Positions 9,278-18,634 of a stretch of 64,000 bases of DNA are shown here, piece by piece. Source of the DNA: Spirochaetales bacterium (GTDB lineage: Bacteria; Spirochaetota; Spirochaetia; JAIPGG01). Position 1 is the stretch's first letter; every line of letters starts with the position of its first letter. The stretch covers positions 8,154 through 72,153 of the forward strand of contig JAIPGG010000002.1 of the NCBI GenBank assembly GCA_021736255.1, read 5' to 3'. The notes beneath the pieces are model-generated. The model was not told the DNA's origin. It was given only the letters and a program-made list of their open reading frames with translations, and ran no database searches. Made by a program: the position numbers and the translations under genes.

Positions 9278-10939
9278 TCAGTATTTGAAATAACTCCCGC
9301 CGATAAATTCGCGGAGTATCGATTGCCTTGGTATGAGGTCCGACGGGATCGGATAAAAGTTGTCCAGAAAACTCAGCAGGCGGACGGCCTCGCTGTATTC
9401 TTCATGGTGAGGCTTTACCGATTTCAACAAGGGATCGGCAAAAACCTTTAACACCGACAGTTCATAATCAAGGGCCGAATTGAAGGCGGAATCCGCCGTA
9501 TCCTGAAAGGGGAAGATGTATTTTCCCTCTCCCCGTTTGACCGACGGCCAGCCGTTGAGTGTGGACACTGCATTTCTGCCGCGGAACTGGTAATCCCTGA
9601 CCATCCGGCGGATGATTCGGTTGTCGGTAGTCGATATTCTGGTGTGGTCGTCGATATTCAACTGAGTGAGTGCCGACACATAGATTTTGTATTTCTGGTT
9701 TTTGGGAATACGGGGAGTGAGTTTTTCGTTCAATCCATGGATACCTTCGAGTATCAGGATGCTTCGTTCGGGAAGCCTGAGCTTCTTTTTCCCGGTAAAG
9801 GACCGGCTCCCGGACTTGAAATCAAAGGAAGGTACCTCAATTTCCTTCCCGTCGAGAAGTTCCAGCAGATGCTGGTTGAGAAGGTTGACATCGATAGCTT
9901 CGAGGGCTTCGAAATTGTACTCCCCGTTTTCATCGAGGGGGGTCTCTTCCCGTGGAACAAAATAATCATCGAGGGAAATAGCGACCGGCTCCCGGCCCAC
10001 GACGCGCAGCTGGGTGGACAGTTTCTTGGCAAACGTCGTCTTTCCGGATGAGGAGGGGCCTGCTATAAGAACGATCTTGAGGTTTTCCTTGTATTCGCAG
10101 ATCCGGTCGGCGATCTCTGCAATTTTCTTGTTGTGGAGGGTTTCTGCAATTTGGATGAAGTTTTTGATTTTATTTCCCGCCGCAAGAGCATTGAGTTCTC
10201 CAACGCAATTTACATGGAGGATCTTTCCCCAGTTGTTGTATTCCCGGTAAATCGAATAGAGGATAGGCCTGTCCTGAAAGGGGACCATATGCCGGGGGCT
10301 CTTTTGGGGGGGGTAGCGGAGCAGAAATCCCTCCTGGTACGGCATGACCTCGAAGACATCGAGCATGCCGGTAGAAGGAGCCAGAGGTTCGTGGGCCAGG
10401 TCGAGAAAATCTCCGCAGGCATAGGTGGCGATCGCCCCTTCGTTCCGGTTTCGCAGGCTCAGGGCGGTATCCGGCTGATTGTTTTCTTCGAAATAGTTAA
10501 GGGCCTCTTCGTAGGGAAGCAGGCGCCTTTGAATTGGTAGATTCTCCGACACGATCCGGCGCATCTCTGATTCGAGGGCCTTGATTTTTTCAATCGGCGG
10601 AGAAGGTTCGCAATCGAACTGATAGAAATAGCCGTGTCCGAGAGAGTGCCCGACGGTAAGCCGCTCGCCGGGAAAGAGTTTGCTCGCTGCCATGGTAAGC
10701 AGATAGCAAAGTGAGCGCCGGTACATAACAGCACCTTCTGTGTCGGCGATAGTTACCGGCTTGACTGCCGCGTTCATCTGCAGACGAGTACTCAAAGAAG
10801 CTAAGGCATTGTTGATTTTGACTCCGATTACAGGAAGGTCGTAACCTGTGAACTCATTTTCTACTGCCTGTTGAATTCGAGTGCCGAAGGGCAAATTCTC
10901 TGTCTTCCCCGAAGGGAATGTAATTGTCAAGGTATCCAT
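9278..10939 (-). CDS. TGS domain / ThrRS-SAD-like domain / uridine-kinase (PRK) family P-loop kinase fusion protein
   Basis: Start chosen at ATG 10939 (MDTLTITFPSGK), 20 nt after the upstream stop. ThrRS-N2-like segment RRSLCYLLTMAASKLFP...GHGYFYQFD. Walker A IAGPSSSGKTTFAKKL, with SLDDYF and ILEGIHGLN of the Udk/PRK family. Confidence 0.8.
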   Translation of the reverse strand: MDTLTITFPSGKTENLPFGTRIQQAVENEFTGYDLPVIGVKINNALASLSTRLQMNAAVKPVTIADTEGAVMYRRSLCYLLTMAASKLFPGERLTVGHSLGHGYFYQFDCEPSPPIEKIKALESEMRRIVSENLPIQRRLLPYEEALNYFEENNQPDTALSLRNRNEGAIATYACGDFLDLAHEPLAPSTGMLDVFEVMPYQEGFLLRYPPQKSPRHMVPFQDRPILYSIYREYNNWGKILHVNCVGELNALAAGNKIKNFIQIAETLHNKKIAEIADRICEYKENLKIVLIAGPSSSGKTTFAKKLSTQLRVVGREPVAISLDDYFVPREETPLDENGEYNFEALEAIDVNLLNQHLLELLDGKEIEVPSFDFKSGSRSFTGKKKLRLPERSILILEGIHGLNEKLTPRIPKNQKYKIYVSALTQLNIDDHTRISTTDNRIIRRMVRDYQFRGRNAVSTLNGWPSVKRGEGKYIFPFQDTADSAFNSALDYELSVLKVFADPLLKSVKPHHEEYSEAVRLLSFLDNFYPIPSDLIPRQSILREFIGGSYFKY

Positions 10940-10958
10940 GGTTTCTCGCTTTCTGTGG

Positions 10959-12131
10959 TTAATTGTTGAGAAGTTCCCGGAGATGTTCCTCTTCTTCTCC
11001 AGAGAGAACCCGGGACACATGTATTCCCTCTTCTCCTTGTGTCCGTATAACCGGCTCATCGTGAAAATGTTCATTTTCTCCGTTGATCAGTAATTTGACG
11101 ATGGGATTTCGGGGATCCTCGGTGTTCACGTCGACGACGATACCCTGGGCGCTGTTCGAAAGTTCTACGGCTGTCCCAATAGGGTAGATCGAGAGACTGA
11201 GCACGAGGGCCCGGAGGATTGATTCATCGAACTTGGTTTTCCCGTTTTTCAGCATATCCATGATGCTGGAATGACCGTCGCGTTTGTCCCGGTAAGGCCG
11301 GGAAGAGGTAAGAGCGTTGTATGTGTCTGCTACAGCGATGATCTTACCATAGTCTGAAATTTTGCTTTCGGTAAGCTGCCGGGGATAACCGGTTCCGTCT
11401 ATTCGTTCCTGGTGCTCGAGGGCGCTGAGGGCGATATTCATGGGAAAAGAGTGTTCCCGCAGGACCTGATACCCGACGATCGTATGAGCCATTAAACTCT
11501 TGCGTTCCTGGGGGGTGAGTTTCCTGTTTGCGGTATAGAGGGTTTTCGGAAGTCTGAACATGCCGATGTCGTGCAACAGACAGGCAATTCCGAGTTCGAT
11601 CATCTTGTGAGGTGGATATTTCAAGATATCCGCCAGGTTCAAAGAGAGGACAGTTGTTCTGACTGCCTTGTTGATCAGGGGGTCGGGGGATTGAATGTGC
11701 AGTTCGTCGAAATTAAGGAGGAAACGCCGGTATGCCCTGATGTTGGAGGCAACGGTTTTTACTGCTTCGGATATAGGTTGAATATTAAGGATATCGTTTT
11801 CCAGATATTCTTTGAAGGTTCGCTCGGCGAATTGGAGAAAATCGCTATAGATTTTTCTGGCCGTTTCCCATTCTTGTTTTTCGTGAATATCCTTCTGGAG
11901 GACCGCTGCGCCGTTGAGCGATTCAGATTTGGCAGGTGTTGGTTCTGTAACCATATTTTCGACTTGCCGGCCCTCCGTTTTTACTTTGTTGTAGGACCAT
12001 AAGATGAGTCGTTTTTTCAGAGCCTCGGTTACCGGGATCTCCGGAGCCAGAAGAATGTACTTACTATCGAGGTAAAGGGGCTCTGAGAAATAGGATCCCG
12101 GTGTAAGGTCTTTTACTTGGAAATCTTGCAT
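10959..12131 (-). CDS. HD-GYP domain phosphodiesterase (cyclic-di-nucleotide hydrolase family)
   Basis: LLHDIGMFRLP (HD), HTIVGY and HQERIDGTGYPRQL (GYP) motifs. Confidence 0.88.
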   Translation of the reverse strand: MQDFQVKDLTPGSYFSEPLYLDSKYILLAPEIPVTEALKKRLILWSYNKVKTEGRQVENMVTEPTPAKSESLNGAAVLQKDIHEKQEWETARKIYSDFLQFAERTFKEYLENDILNIQPISEAVKTVASNIRAYRRFLLNFDELHIQSPDPLINKAVRTTVLSLNLADILKYPPHKMIELGIACLLHDIGMFRLPKTLYTANRKLTPQERKSLMAHTIVGYQVLREHSFPMNIALSALEHQERIDGTGYPRQLTESKISDYGKIIAVADTYNALTSSRPYRDKRDGHSSIMDMLKNGKTKFDESILRALVLSLSIYPIGTAVELSNSAQGIVVDVNTEDPRNPIVKLLINGENEHFHDEPVIRTQGEEGIHVSRVLSGEEEEHLRELLNN

Positions 12132-12137
12132 GGTTCG

Positions 12138-12166
12138 TTGACCCCTTTTTTCAAATCATCTACACT
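12138..12166 (+). promoter_or_regulatory. sigma70-like promoter candidate (TTGACC-17-TACACT) for the 12193 gene
   Basis: -35 at 12138-12143, 17-nt spacer, -10 at 12161-12166. Start codon at 12193, preceded by TAGGAG. Confidence 0.4.
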
Positions 12167-12192
12167 CCTTATACATTATAGGAGTTTTTTCG

Positions 12193-12993
12193 ATGAAATT
12201 TAAAGCCATTTTCATCATTTTCAATGGCGTAATTGTTGCATCCTTTGCTTTTGTCTTTCTCATGCCCCTTTTTCTCCTTGGCAGTGATTATGCAGCGCTG
12301 TTCTGGGAACGCAACTGGTATATTGCCATCCTTTTTATTATCGTCATTGCAGGGTTAAATTTCTACTTTCTATCGAATTGGCGCATGTTTATGCTTCTGG
12401 AAAAGGAAGACTGGGATGCGCTGAAAGCCTTTCTCCATGAAAAAATTTTCCCAAAAGGGCGTTTCAGTAAACAACATGTCCGCCTCTACATTCACACCTG
12501 TCTTGTAAAATCAGATCTCGAGGCCTTAAAGGAGATCGAAGGCTATTTACGAAAGAAGCGTCCCGGTTATCTGTCGAGTTTTGCTCTATCGCTCGGGATA
12601 CCACACCTGGCGGCTAATGATGCCTTAGATATGCAGGAATACTTCGGCACCTTTCTCGACAAACCTCGGGTTCAGGAACCGGAATGGATTCGATGGAACT
12701 ATGCTTATTCTTTACTGATGCAGAAAAAACGGGATGAAGCCAAGGATCTACTGCTCGATTTGGAAAAGGACAGCAAAGATCCCGTGGTGCGGCTGCTGAG
12801 TCTGTATCTGCTCGATGCCTACGGGGCTTCGGACTCGGAAATCAGAGAGCGGGTTGATAATTCACGGAGCAAATTTATTCGAGCATACCCGAAATCCAAA
12901 TGGGAAAAGGAACTGAACAAGCGAAGCGACAATGTTCAGATTCTGGTGATGGGGTCTCTTATCCGTGACGCTGCCGAATGGATGTATTCCTAA
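12193..12993 (+). CDS. hypothetical membrane protein (two N-terminal TM helices, helical cytoplasmic domain)
   Basis: Hydrophobic segments IFIIFNGVIVASFAFVFLMPLFLL and WYIAILFIIVIAGLNFYFL. No catalytic motif recognised. Confidence 0.6.
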   Translation: MKFKAIFIIFNGVIVASFAFVFLMPLFLLGSDYAALFWERNWYIAILFIIVIAGLNFYFLSNWRMFMLLEKEDWDALKAFLHEKIFPKGRFSKQHVRLYIHTCLVKSDLEALKEIEGYLRKKRPGYLSSFALSLGIPHLAANDALDMQEYFGTFLDKPRVQEPEWIRWNYAYSLLMQKKRDEAKDLLLDLEKDSKDPVVRLLSLYLLDAYGASDSEIRERVDNSRSKFIRAYPKSKWEKELNKRSDNVQILVMGSLIRDAAEWMYS

Positions 12994-13003
12994 GGAGATA
13001 GTC

Positions 13004-14275
13004 ATGCGAGAAATCAAAAAATCTCATAAACTCGATAATGTCGGTTACGATATCAGGGGTCCGGTTATGGATGCAGCCAAGCGTCTGGAATCGGAAGGAT
13101 ACGACATTCTCAAGTTGAATATCGGGAATCCCGCCCCTTTCGGTTTCAAGACACCCGACGAGATGGTGCATGACGTCATTTTAAACCTCCCGAAGGCGGA
13201 GGGATATGCTGATTCGAAGGGGCTGTTTGCCGCCCGCAAGGCGGTGGTCCATGCAACCCAGCGCAAAGGTATCCCTGATGTCCATATCGAGGATGTTTAC
13301 ATCGGGAACGGGGTGAGTGAACTCATCATGATGTCTATGCAGGGATTGTTGAATACCGGAGATGAGGTGCTCATTCCCTCCCCGGATTATCCTCTTTGGA
13401 CTGCAGCCGTCACCCTCTCTGGAGGAAGGGCGGTACACTACCGGTGTGACGAATCTTCCGAATGGCTGCCTGATATCAACGATATCCGTTCTAAAATCAG
13501 CGACAGAACAACGGCAATGGTAATTATCAATCCGAACAATCCGACAGGCGCTGTCTACCCTCGGGAGATACTTCAACAGATGGTTGATCTTGCGGCCGAG
13601 AAAAACCTGGTGGTTCTGGCCGATGAAATCTACGACAGCATACTCTACGATGATTCGGTCCATTATCCGGTTTCAACCCTTACTGAGGACGCCCTCATCA
13701 TGAGTTTCGGGGGTCTTTCAAAGGTCTACCGTGCTGCCGGCTTCCGTTCCGGGTGGCTTGTTCTGAGCGGTGCAAAACATCTGGCTACGGATTTCCGGGA
13801 AGGCCTCGATATGCTGGCCAATATGCGGCTCTGCAGTAACGTTCCTGCGCAATATGCGATTCAAACCGCCCTCGGCGGATACCAGAGCATTCAGGAACTC
13901 GTCCGCCCCGATGGGCGGCTCAGTGTTCAGCGCGACATTGCCTTCCAGATGCTCAATGATATACCCGGAGTGCATTGTGTAAAACCAAGAGGGGCCCTTT
14001 ACTGTTTTCCCGGTTTGGACACCGAACGCTTCGGCATCGACGACGATCTCCGTTTCGTACTTGATCTCCTGGAAGAGAAGAAAATTCTTACCGTTCAAGG
14101 AACAGGATTCAACTGGCCCGACCCCGATCATTTCCGGGTGGTTTTCCTTCCGGACAACGAGAGTCTCCGGCAGGCTATGACGGAAATCGGAGATTTCCTT
14201 TCGACTTACCGCCAGCAGGAATATGTCCGGCCGGCCGAGAGGGAATCTGTGGAACAACACGAGCGGATAGAATAG
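13004..14275 (+). CDS. alaA: PLP-dependent aminotransferase, AlaA (glutamate-pyruvate) type
   Basis: N-terminus KLDNVGYDIRGPV...LKLNIGNPAPFGF closely follows my recollection of E. coli AlaA. PLP-lysine region SFGGLSKVYRAAGFRSGW. Start taken at ATG 13004 rather than 12965. Confidence 0.85.
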   Translation: MREIKKSHKLDNVGYDIRGPVMDAAKRLESEGYDILKLNIGNPAPFGFKTPDEMVHDVILNLPKAEGYADSKGLFAARKAVVHATQRKGIPDVHIEDVYIGNGVSELIMMSMQGLLNTGDEVLIPSPDYPLWTAAVTLSGGRAVHYRCDESSEWLPDINDIRSKISDRTTAMVIINPNNPTGAVYPREILQQMVDLAAEKNLVVLADEIYDSILYDDSVHYPVSTLTEDALIMSFGGLSKVYRAAGFRSGWLVLSGAKHLATDFREGLDMLANMRLCSNVPAQYAIQTALGGYQSIQELVRPDGRLSVQRDIAFQMLNDIPGVHCVKPRGALYCFPGLDTERFGIDDDLRFVLDLLEEKKILTVQGTGFNWPDPDHFRVVFLPDNESLRQAMTEIGDFLSTYRQQEYVRPAERESVEQHERIE

Positions 14276-14340
14276 AGCGGTCTGTCTGTCGGAGATGAAT
14301 CAGCGTCCGGGCAGATCAAAAGGCTGTGCTCCGGAATAGG

Positions 14341-14369
14341 TTGACCCGACAGAATAGGCTCCTTATAAT
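14341..14369 (+). promoter_or_regulatory. sigma70-type promoter TTGACC-17-TATAAT upstream of gltX
   Basis: Near-consensus hexamers at 14341-14346 and 14364-14369 with a 17-nt spacer, about 40 nt upstream of ATG 14409. GAAGAGG Shine-Dalgarno sequence. Confidence 0.6.
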
Positions 14370-14408
14370 CGGTAGACCGGTTACAACTGTATTCACGAAG
14401 AGGTATCC

Positions 14409-15896
14409 ATGAGCGTACGAGTACGTTATGCCCCGTCCCCAACGGGGCTGCAGCACATAGGGGGAGTACGCACCGCTCTCTTCAATTATTTTTTTGCTCG
14501 AGCGGCCGGCGGCAGCTTTATTCTCCGCATCGAGGACACGGACCGGGAGCGTTACAGCGATGAATCGCTGGATGATCTCTACCGGACCCTCGATTGGCTG
14601 GGCCTGAGTTGGGATGAAGGCCCGCAGGTAGGAGGGGAGTATGGCCCCTATGTACAGTCACAGCGGTTCGAGCTTTATCGGGAGCACGCTCACAGACTGG
14701 TGGAAGCCGGGCGGGCCTATCCCTGTTACTGCAGCAGCGAACGTTTGGAAGAAGTCCGCCGCAAACAAAAAGAGGAGAAGTCTTCGATTTTCGGCTACGA
14801 TCGTCATTGCAGAGACCTCACTCCCGAGCAGCGGGCCGAATACGAAGACCAAGGGATAAAACCGGTGATACGGTTCAAGGTTCCCATGGAAGGAGAGACC
14901 TCTTTCGAGGATGTACTCCTTGATAAGGTGAAACGGAAAAACCGTGATATCAGCCCCGATCCGGTGATACTGAAGTCCGACGGTTTTCCCACGTACCACC
15001 TGGCTAATGTGGTGGACGATCACTTGATGAAAATAAGCCATATACTGCGGGCCCAGGAATGGATTTCTTCCGGTCCTCTGCATGTCCTTCTCTACGAGGC
15101 TTTCGGCTGGGATCCGCCTGTCTACTGCCACCTTCCGATGGTTATGGGAAAAGACGGACAGAAACTCTCCAAACGCCACGGTTCGACTTCCGTGCGGGAT
15201 TTCCGTCTGCAGGGTTATCTGCCCGAGGCAATCATCAATTATGTTTCCCTGCTCGGCTGGTCATACGATGATTCCCGAGAGTTTTTTCGCAAGGAGGAGC
15301 TGGAAAAAGTATTCAGCCTCGAAAAGCTGAATAAAGCTCCGGCGGTTTTCGACTATAAGAAACTTGATTGGTTCAACGGAAACTACATCCGAGAACTCGA
15401 CGATGATGTCTTACAAAAGCAGATAAGGCCGTACCTGATAGAGGCCGGCTTCCTGTCCGATCCTCCGACGCCTGAACAGGAGGAGCTGATTTCGGAAATC
15501 ATTCCCCTTATTAAGGAACGGCTTTCACGCCTGGCAGAGGTTCCCGAACTTGTCCGGTTTCTTTTTCAGGATCCTGCTGAATATGATGCACAGCTGCTGG
15601 TTCCCAAAAAGACGGATCCGGCCAAAACCATGGAAATGCTCCGGGCGGTTCGTGGATTGATACAGAATTTTTCCGAAAACAGCGACGAAGAACTCGAGGA
15701 TGAATTCAGAAATCTTGCCGAGCAGCTCGAGGTAAAACTGGGGCAGCTCTTGATGCCGCTCCGTGTCAGTATTACCGGTTCTAAGGTATCACCCCCCCTC
15801 TTTGGCGCCATGAGAATCCTCGGCGAACAAGAGGTGACAAAGCGGATAGACCGAGGGATCGGATATCTCGAGCGGCTTGCAGAAACAAATAAATAG
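14409..15896 (+). CDS. gltX: glutamate--tRNA ligase
   Basis: RYAPSPTGLQHIGGVRTALFN (HIGH) and KLSKRHGS (KMSKS) motifs. Confidence 0.93.
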   Translation: MSVRVRYAPSPTGLQHIGGVRTALFNYFFARAAGGSFILRIEDTDRERYSDESLDDLYRTLDWLGLSWDEGPQVGGEYGPYVQSQRFELYREHAHRLVEAGRAYPCYCSSERLEEVRRKQKEEKSSIFGYDRHCRDLTPEQRAEYEDQGIKPVIRFKVPMEGETSFEDVLLDKVKRKNRDISPDPVILKSDGFPTYHLANVVDDHLMKISHILRAQEWISSGPLHVLLYEAFGWDPPVYCHLPMVMGKDGQKLSKRHGSTSVRDFRLQGYLPEAIINYVSLLGWSYDDSREFFRKEELEKVFSLEKLNKAPAVFDYKKLDWFNGNYIRELDDDVLQKQIRPYLIEAGFLSDPPTPEQEELISEIIPLIKERLSRLAEVPELVRFLFQDPAEYDAQLLVPKKTDPAKTMEMLRAVRGLIQNFSENSDEELEDEFRNLAEQLEVKLGQLLMPLRVSITGSKVSPPLFGAMRILGEQEVTKRIDRGIGYLERLAETNK

Positions 15897-15923
15897 GTCT
15901 AAGGAATAATAAAGAGGAAAACT

Positions 15924-17261
15924 ATGGCACAACGGCTCACAATGGAGGATCTTGTTTCTCTCTCGAAACGACGGGGTTTTGTGTATCAATCCAGCGAGAT
16001 ATATGGAGGGCTCACCTCGGCTTGGGATTACGGCCCTATGGGGGTGGAATTGAAGAACCGCCTTCAGCGCTTCTGGTGGAAGGAGATGACCCAGCTGCAC
16101 GACAATATTGTGGGTCTGGATGCCGCCATCCTCATGCATCCCCGGGTATGGGAGGCCTCCGGTCATGTGGAAAACTTTACCGATCCCCTGGTGGAGGATA
16201 AGGTAACCCACGAACGGTTTCGATGGGACCAGCTTCCGGAGGAAAATCAGAAAAATATGACCAGTCCGGCGGGAAACCCCCTCACCGAACCCCGGCAGTT
16301 CAACCTGATGTTCAAGACCCGTCTCGGTTCTACCGAGGATTCCGCTTCGGATGTGTTCCTGCGGCCGGAAACCGCTCAGGGAATCTACGTGAATTTCAAA
16401 AACGTCTCTCAGACTATGCGGGTGAAGCTTCCTTTTGGTATAGCCCAGATCGGGAAGGCGTTCCGCAACGAGATAACGACCAAGAACTTTATTTTCCGGA
16501 CCTGTGAATTCGAACAGATGGAGATGCAGTTTTTCGTTAAACCCGGTGATGACCAGCAGTGGTTTAATTACTGGAAGACCGAACGTATGGACTTCTATAA
16601 GAAGCTCGGTATACATCCCGAACGGCTGCGATTCCATCAGCACGGACCCGATGAGCTTGCCCATTATGCCCGGGAGGCCTATGACATCGAGTACGAATTT
16701 CCCTTTGGCTGGCAGGAGCTCGAGGGCGTTCATAACCGGACGGATTTTGACCTCTCCCGCCATTCCGAATACTCCGGCAAAGACCTGCGTTATCTCGATG
16801 AGGAGTCGAAGGAGCGCTACATTCCCTACGTTGTTGAAACCTCGGCGGGACTTACCAGAAGTGTGCTCATGGTACTGGCGGATGCTTTCGAAGAAGAAGA
16901 GGTAGGAGAAAACGACACCCGGTCCGTTATGCGTTTTCATCCGGATATCGCACCGATTACCATTGGGGTTTTCCCTCTGGTAAAGAAAGACGGACTTGCA
17001 GAGCTTGCCCGGGAAATTGAAAAGAATCTGCGTGAAGATTTTTCCACATTCTACGATCAGGGCGGGGCTATAGGCCGCAGATACCGGCGGCAGGATGAAA
17101 TAGGAACCCCCTACTGCATCACCATAGATTATCAGACAAAGGAAGACCGTACCGTTACACTTCGCTACCGGGATTCGATGGAACAGATACGAGTGCCCGT
17201 GGCCGAAATCGGAGAAGCCGTTCGCAAAGCAACCCGGGAGTACCGGAGGGTCGGTGCATGA
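15924..17261 (+). CDS. glyQS: glycine--tRNA ligase (single-chain, dimeric type)
   Basis: KRRGFVYQSSEIYGGL..WDYGPMG, FRNEITTKNFIFRTCEFEQMEMQFF, and C-terminal anticodon-binding domain GRRYRRQDEIGTPYCITID. Confidence 0.93.
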   Translation: MAQRLTMEDLVSLSKRRGFVYQSSEIYGGLTSAWDYGPMGVELKNRLQRFWWKEMTQLHDNIVGLDAAILMHPRVWEASGHVENFTDPLVEDKVTHERFRWDQLPEENQKNMTSPAGNPLTEPRQFNLMFKTRLGSTEDSASDVFLRPETAQGIYVNFKNVSQTMRVKLPFGIAQIGKAFRNEITTKNFIFRTCEFEQMEMQFFVKPGDDQQWFNYWKTERMDFYKKLGIHPERLRFHQHGPDELAHYAREAYDIEYEFPFGWQELEGVHNRTDFDLSRHSEYSGKDLRYLDEESKERYIPYVVETSAGLTRSVLMVLADAFEEEEVGENDTRSVMRFHPDIAPITIGVFPLVKKDGLAELAREIEKNLREDFSTFYDQGGAIGRRYRRQDEIGTPYCITIDYQTKEDRTVTLRYRDSMEQIRVPVAEIGEAVRKATREYRRVGA

Positions 17262-18622
17262 GCGGGAAAGAGAGCAACGGGAAAACAAGCATGAATGGGA
17301 AACAGAAAACCCCCGAAAAGCAGCCGCTCGAACGCAGCGGCGAGGGGACCCGGGTCACTCCGGATATGGATTTTTCCAGCCGGGCCCTGAAGGTCCTGGC
17401 CGAACGCGGTTTTCTCCGGCAATGCAGCGATATCGAGGCCCTCGACCGCTTGCTTTCCGAACAGAGTGTTTCTCTCTACTGTGGTTTTGATCCTACCGGA
17501 CCCAGCCTTCATGTCGGTCACCTCATTCCGCTCTTTGCAATGGCCCACATGCAGAGGGCAGGGCATCGTCCGATAGCCCTGGTAGGCGGCGGTACCGCCC
17601 GTATAGGCGACCCCTCGGGGAAAACGGAAATGCGCAAGATGCAGTCGGTGGAAACCATTACCGCCAATGCAGAACGGATCGGGGAGCAGATGACCCGGTT
17701 CCTCAATTTTTCGGCCGACCAGGCAGTGATGCGCAACAACGCAGATTGGCTTGCGGATCTGAACTACATTGATTTTCTCCGGGATATCGGCCGCCATTTT
17801 TCGGTGAATCGGATGCTCAGTTTCGAGACCTATAAGATGCGGCTCGAGACCGGTTTGTCCTTTATCGAGTTCAACTACCAGCTTCTGCAGTCCTACGATT
17901 TTCTGGTTCTTTTTCAGCGGGAAGGAGCCAGGCTCCAGATAGGCGGTGATGATCAGTGGGGGAACATTGTAGCCGGGGCCGACCTGATCCGCCGGATCGA
18001 AGGGGGCGAAGCCTATGGATTGACCTTTCCCCTGGTAACACGATCCGACGGCAAAAAGATGGGCAAGACCGAAAAGGGCGCCCTCTATCTCGATCCGGAG
18101 ATAACCAGTCCCTACGAGTTTTTCCAATACTGGAGAAACGTCGCCGATGCGGATGTCGAAAAATTCCTGTTTCTTTATACCTTTTTGCCGGCCGAGGAGG
18201 TACGCCGTCTCGGCGCTCTTGAAGGAAGTGCGATAAATACTGCAAAGGAGACGCTCGCTTTCGAGCTGACAAGGATTATTCACGGCGACGAGGAGGCCGG
18301 AAAGGCCTTGAAGAGCGCCCGCTCCGCCTTTGGAGCTGGTGGAGGGACCGGGGGACCGGCAGGCGGAATGGATGCTATCCCCTCTCTCGAAATCTCCGAA
18401 ACGGAAATTGCCGAGGGTATCGGGGCCCTCGATCTCTTTGCCCGAACCAGTCTTTGTTCTTCACGGGCAGAAGCCCGCCGATTGATAGATCAGGGGGGTG
18501 CCAGAGTCAACGACCGGAAAATCACCGACCAGTCCGAACTCATTGACTCCAACGAGGTCCAAGAGGGCGAGATACTGCTTCGAGCAGGAAAAAAGCGTTA
18601 TTTCCGAATCCTTGTAATCTGA
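17258..18622 (+). CDS. tyrS: tyrosine--tRNA ligase (with ~35-aa basic N-terminal extension if ATG 17258 is used)
   Basis: ATGA overlap with the glyQS stop. GFDPTGPSLHVGHL (HIGH), KMGKT (KMSKS), and C-terminal S4-like RRLIDQGGARVNDRKI. An alternative internal start (MDFSS..., about 17366) cannot be excluded. Confidence 0.9.
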   Translation: MSGKESNGKTSMNGKQKTPEKQPLERSGEGTRVTPDMDFSSRALKVLAERGFLRQCSDIEALDRLLSEQSVSLYCGFDPTGPSLHVGHLIPLFAMAHMQRAGHRPIALVGGGTARIGDPSGKTEMRKMQSVETITANAERIGEQMTRFLNFSADQAVMRNNADWLADLNYIDFLRDIGRHFSVNRMLSFETYKMRLETGLSFIEFNYQLLQSYDFLVLFQREGARLQIGGDDQWGNIVAGADLIRRIEGGEAYGLTFPLVTRSDGKKMGKTEKGALYLDPEITSPYEFFQYWRNVADADVEKFLFLYTFLPAEEVRRLGALEGSAINTAKETLAFELTRIIHGDEEAGKALKSARSAFGAGGGTGGPAGGMDAIPSLEISETEIAEGIGALDLFARTSLCSSRAEARRLIDQGGARVNDRKITDQSELIDSNEVQEGEILLRAGKKRYFRILVI

Positions 18623-18634
18623 GGAGGAATATAC

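Noticed and set aside
8903-9451. 182-aa and 96-aa alternative-frame ORFs overlapping aat
   Set aside because: These are out-of-frame overlaps of a gene with clear Aat motifs, and they show no signals of their own.
14276-14408. T-box or other riboswitch leaders upstream of the aaRS genes, the his genes and the THI5-like ABC transporter
   Set aside because: The available leaders are too short to hold such elements: about 40 nt for gltX, 12 nt for the transporter and 84 nt for hisZ. No specifier or T-box or TPP-like conserved sequences were seen.
15789-17288. 499-aa ORF on the minus strand covering the whole of glyQS
   Set aside because: It lies exactly antisense to a gene with unmistakable GlyRS motifs. 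Its translation is low-complexity-like with no recognisable domain. It is the typical shadow ORF produced when TTA/CTA/TCA codons are rare in the sense frame. The Rodin-Ohno sense/antisense aaRS idea came to mind, but nothing in the sequence supports coding.
17165-18283. 372-aa ORF antisense to tyrS
   Set aside because: Same reasoning as above. It is a shadow ORF opposite a confidently called gene, with no motifs, start-site signals or Shine-Dalgarno sequence.
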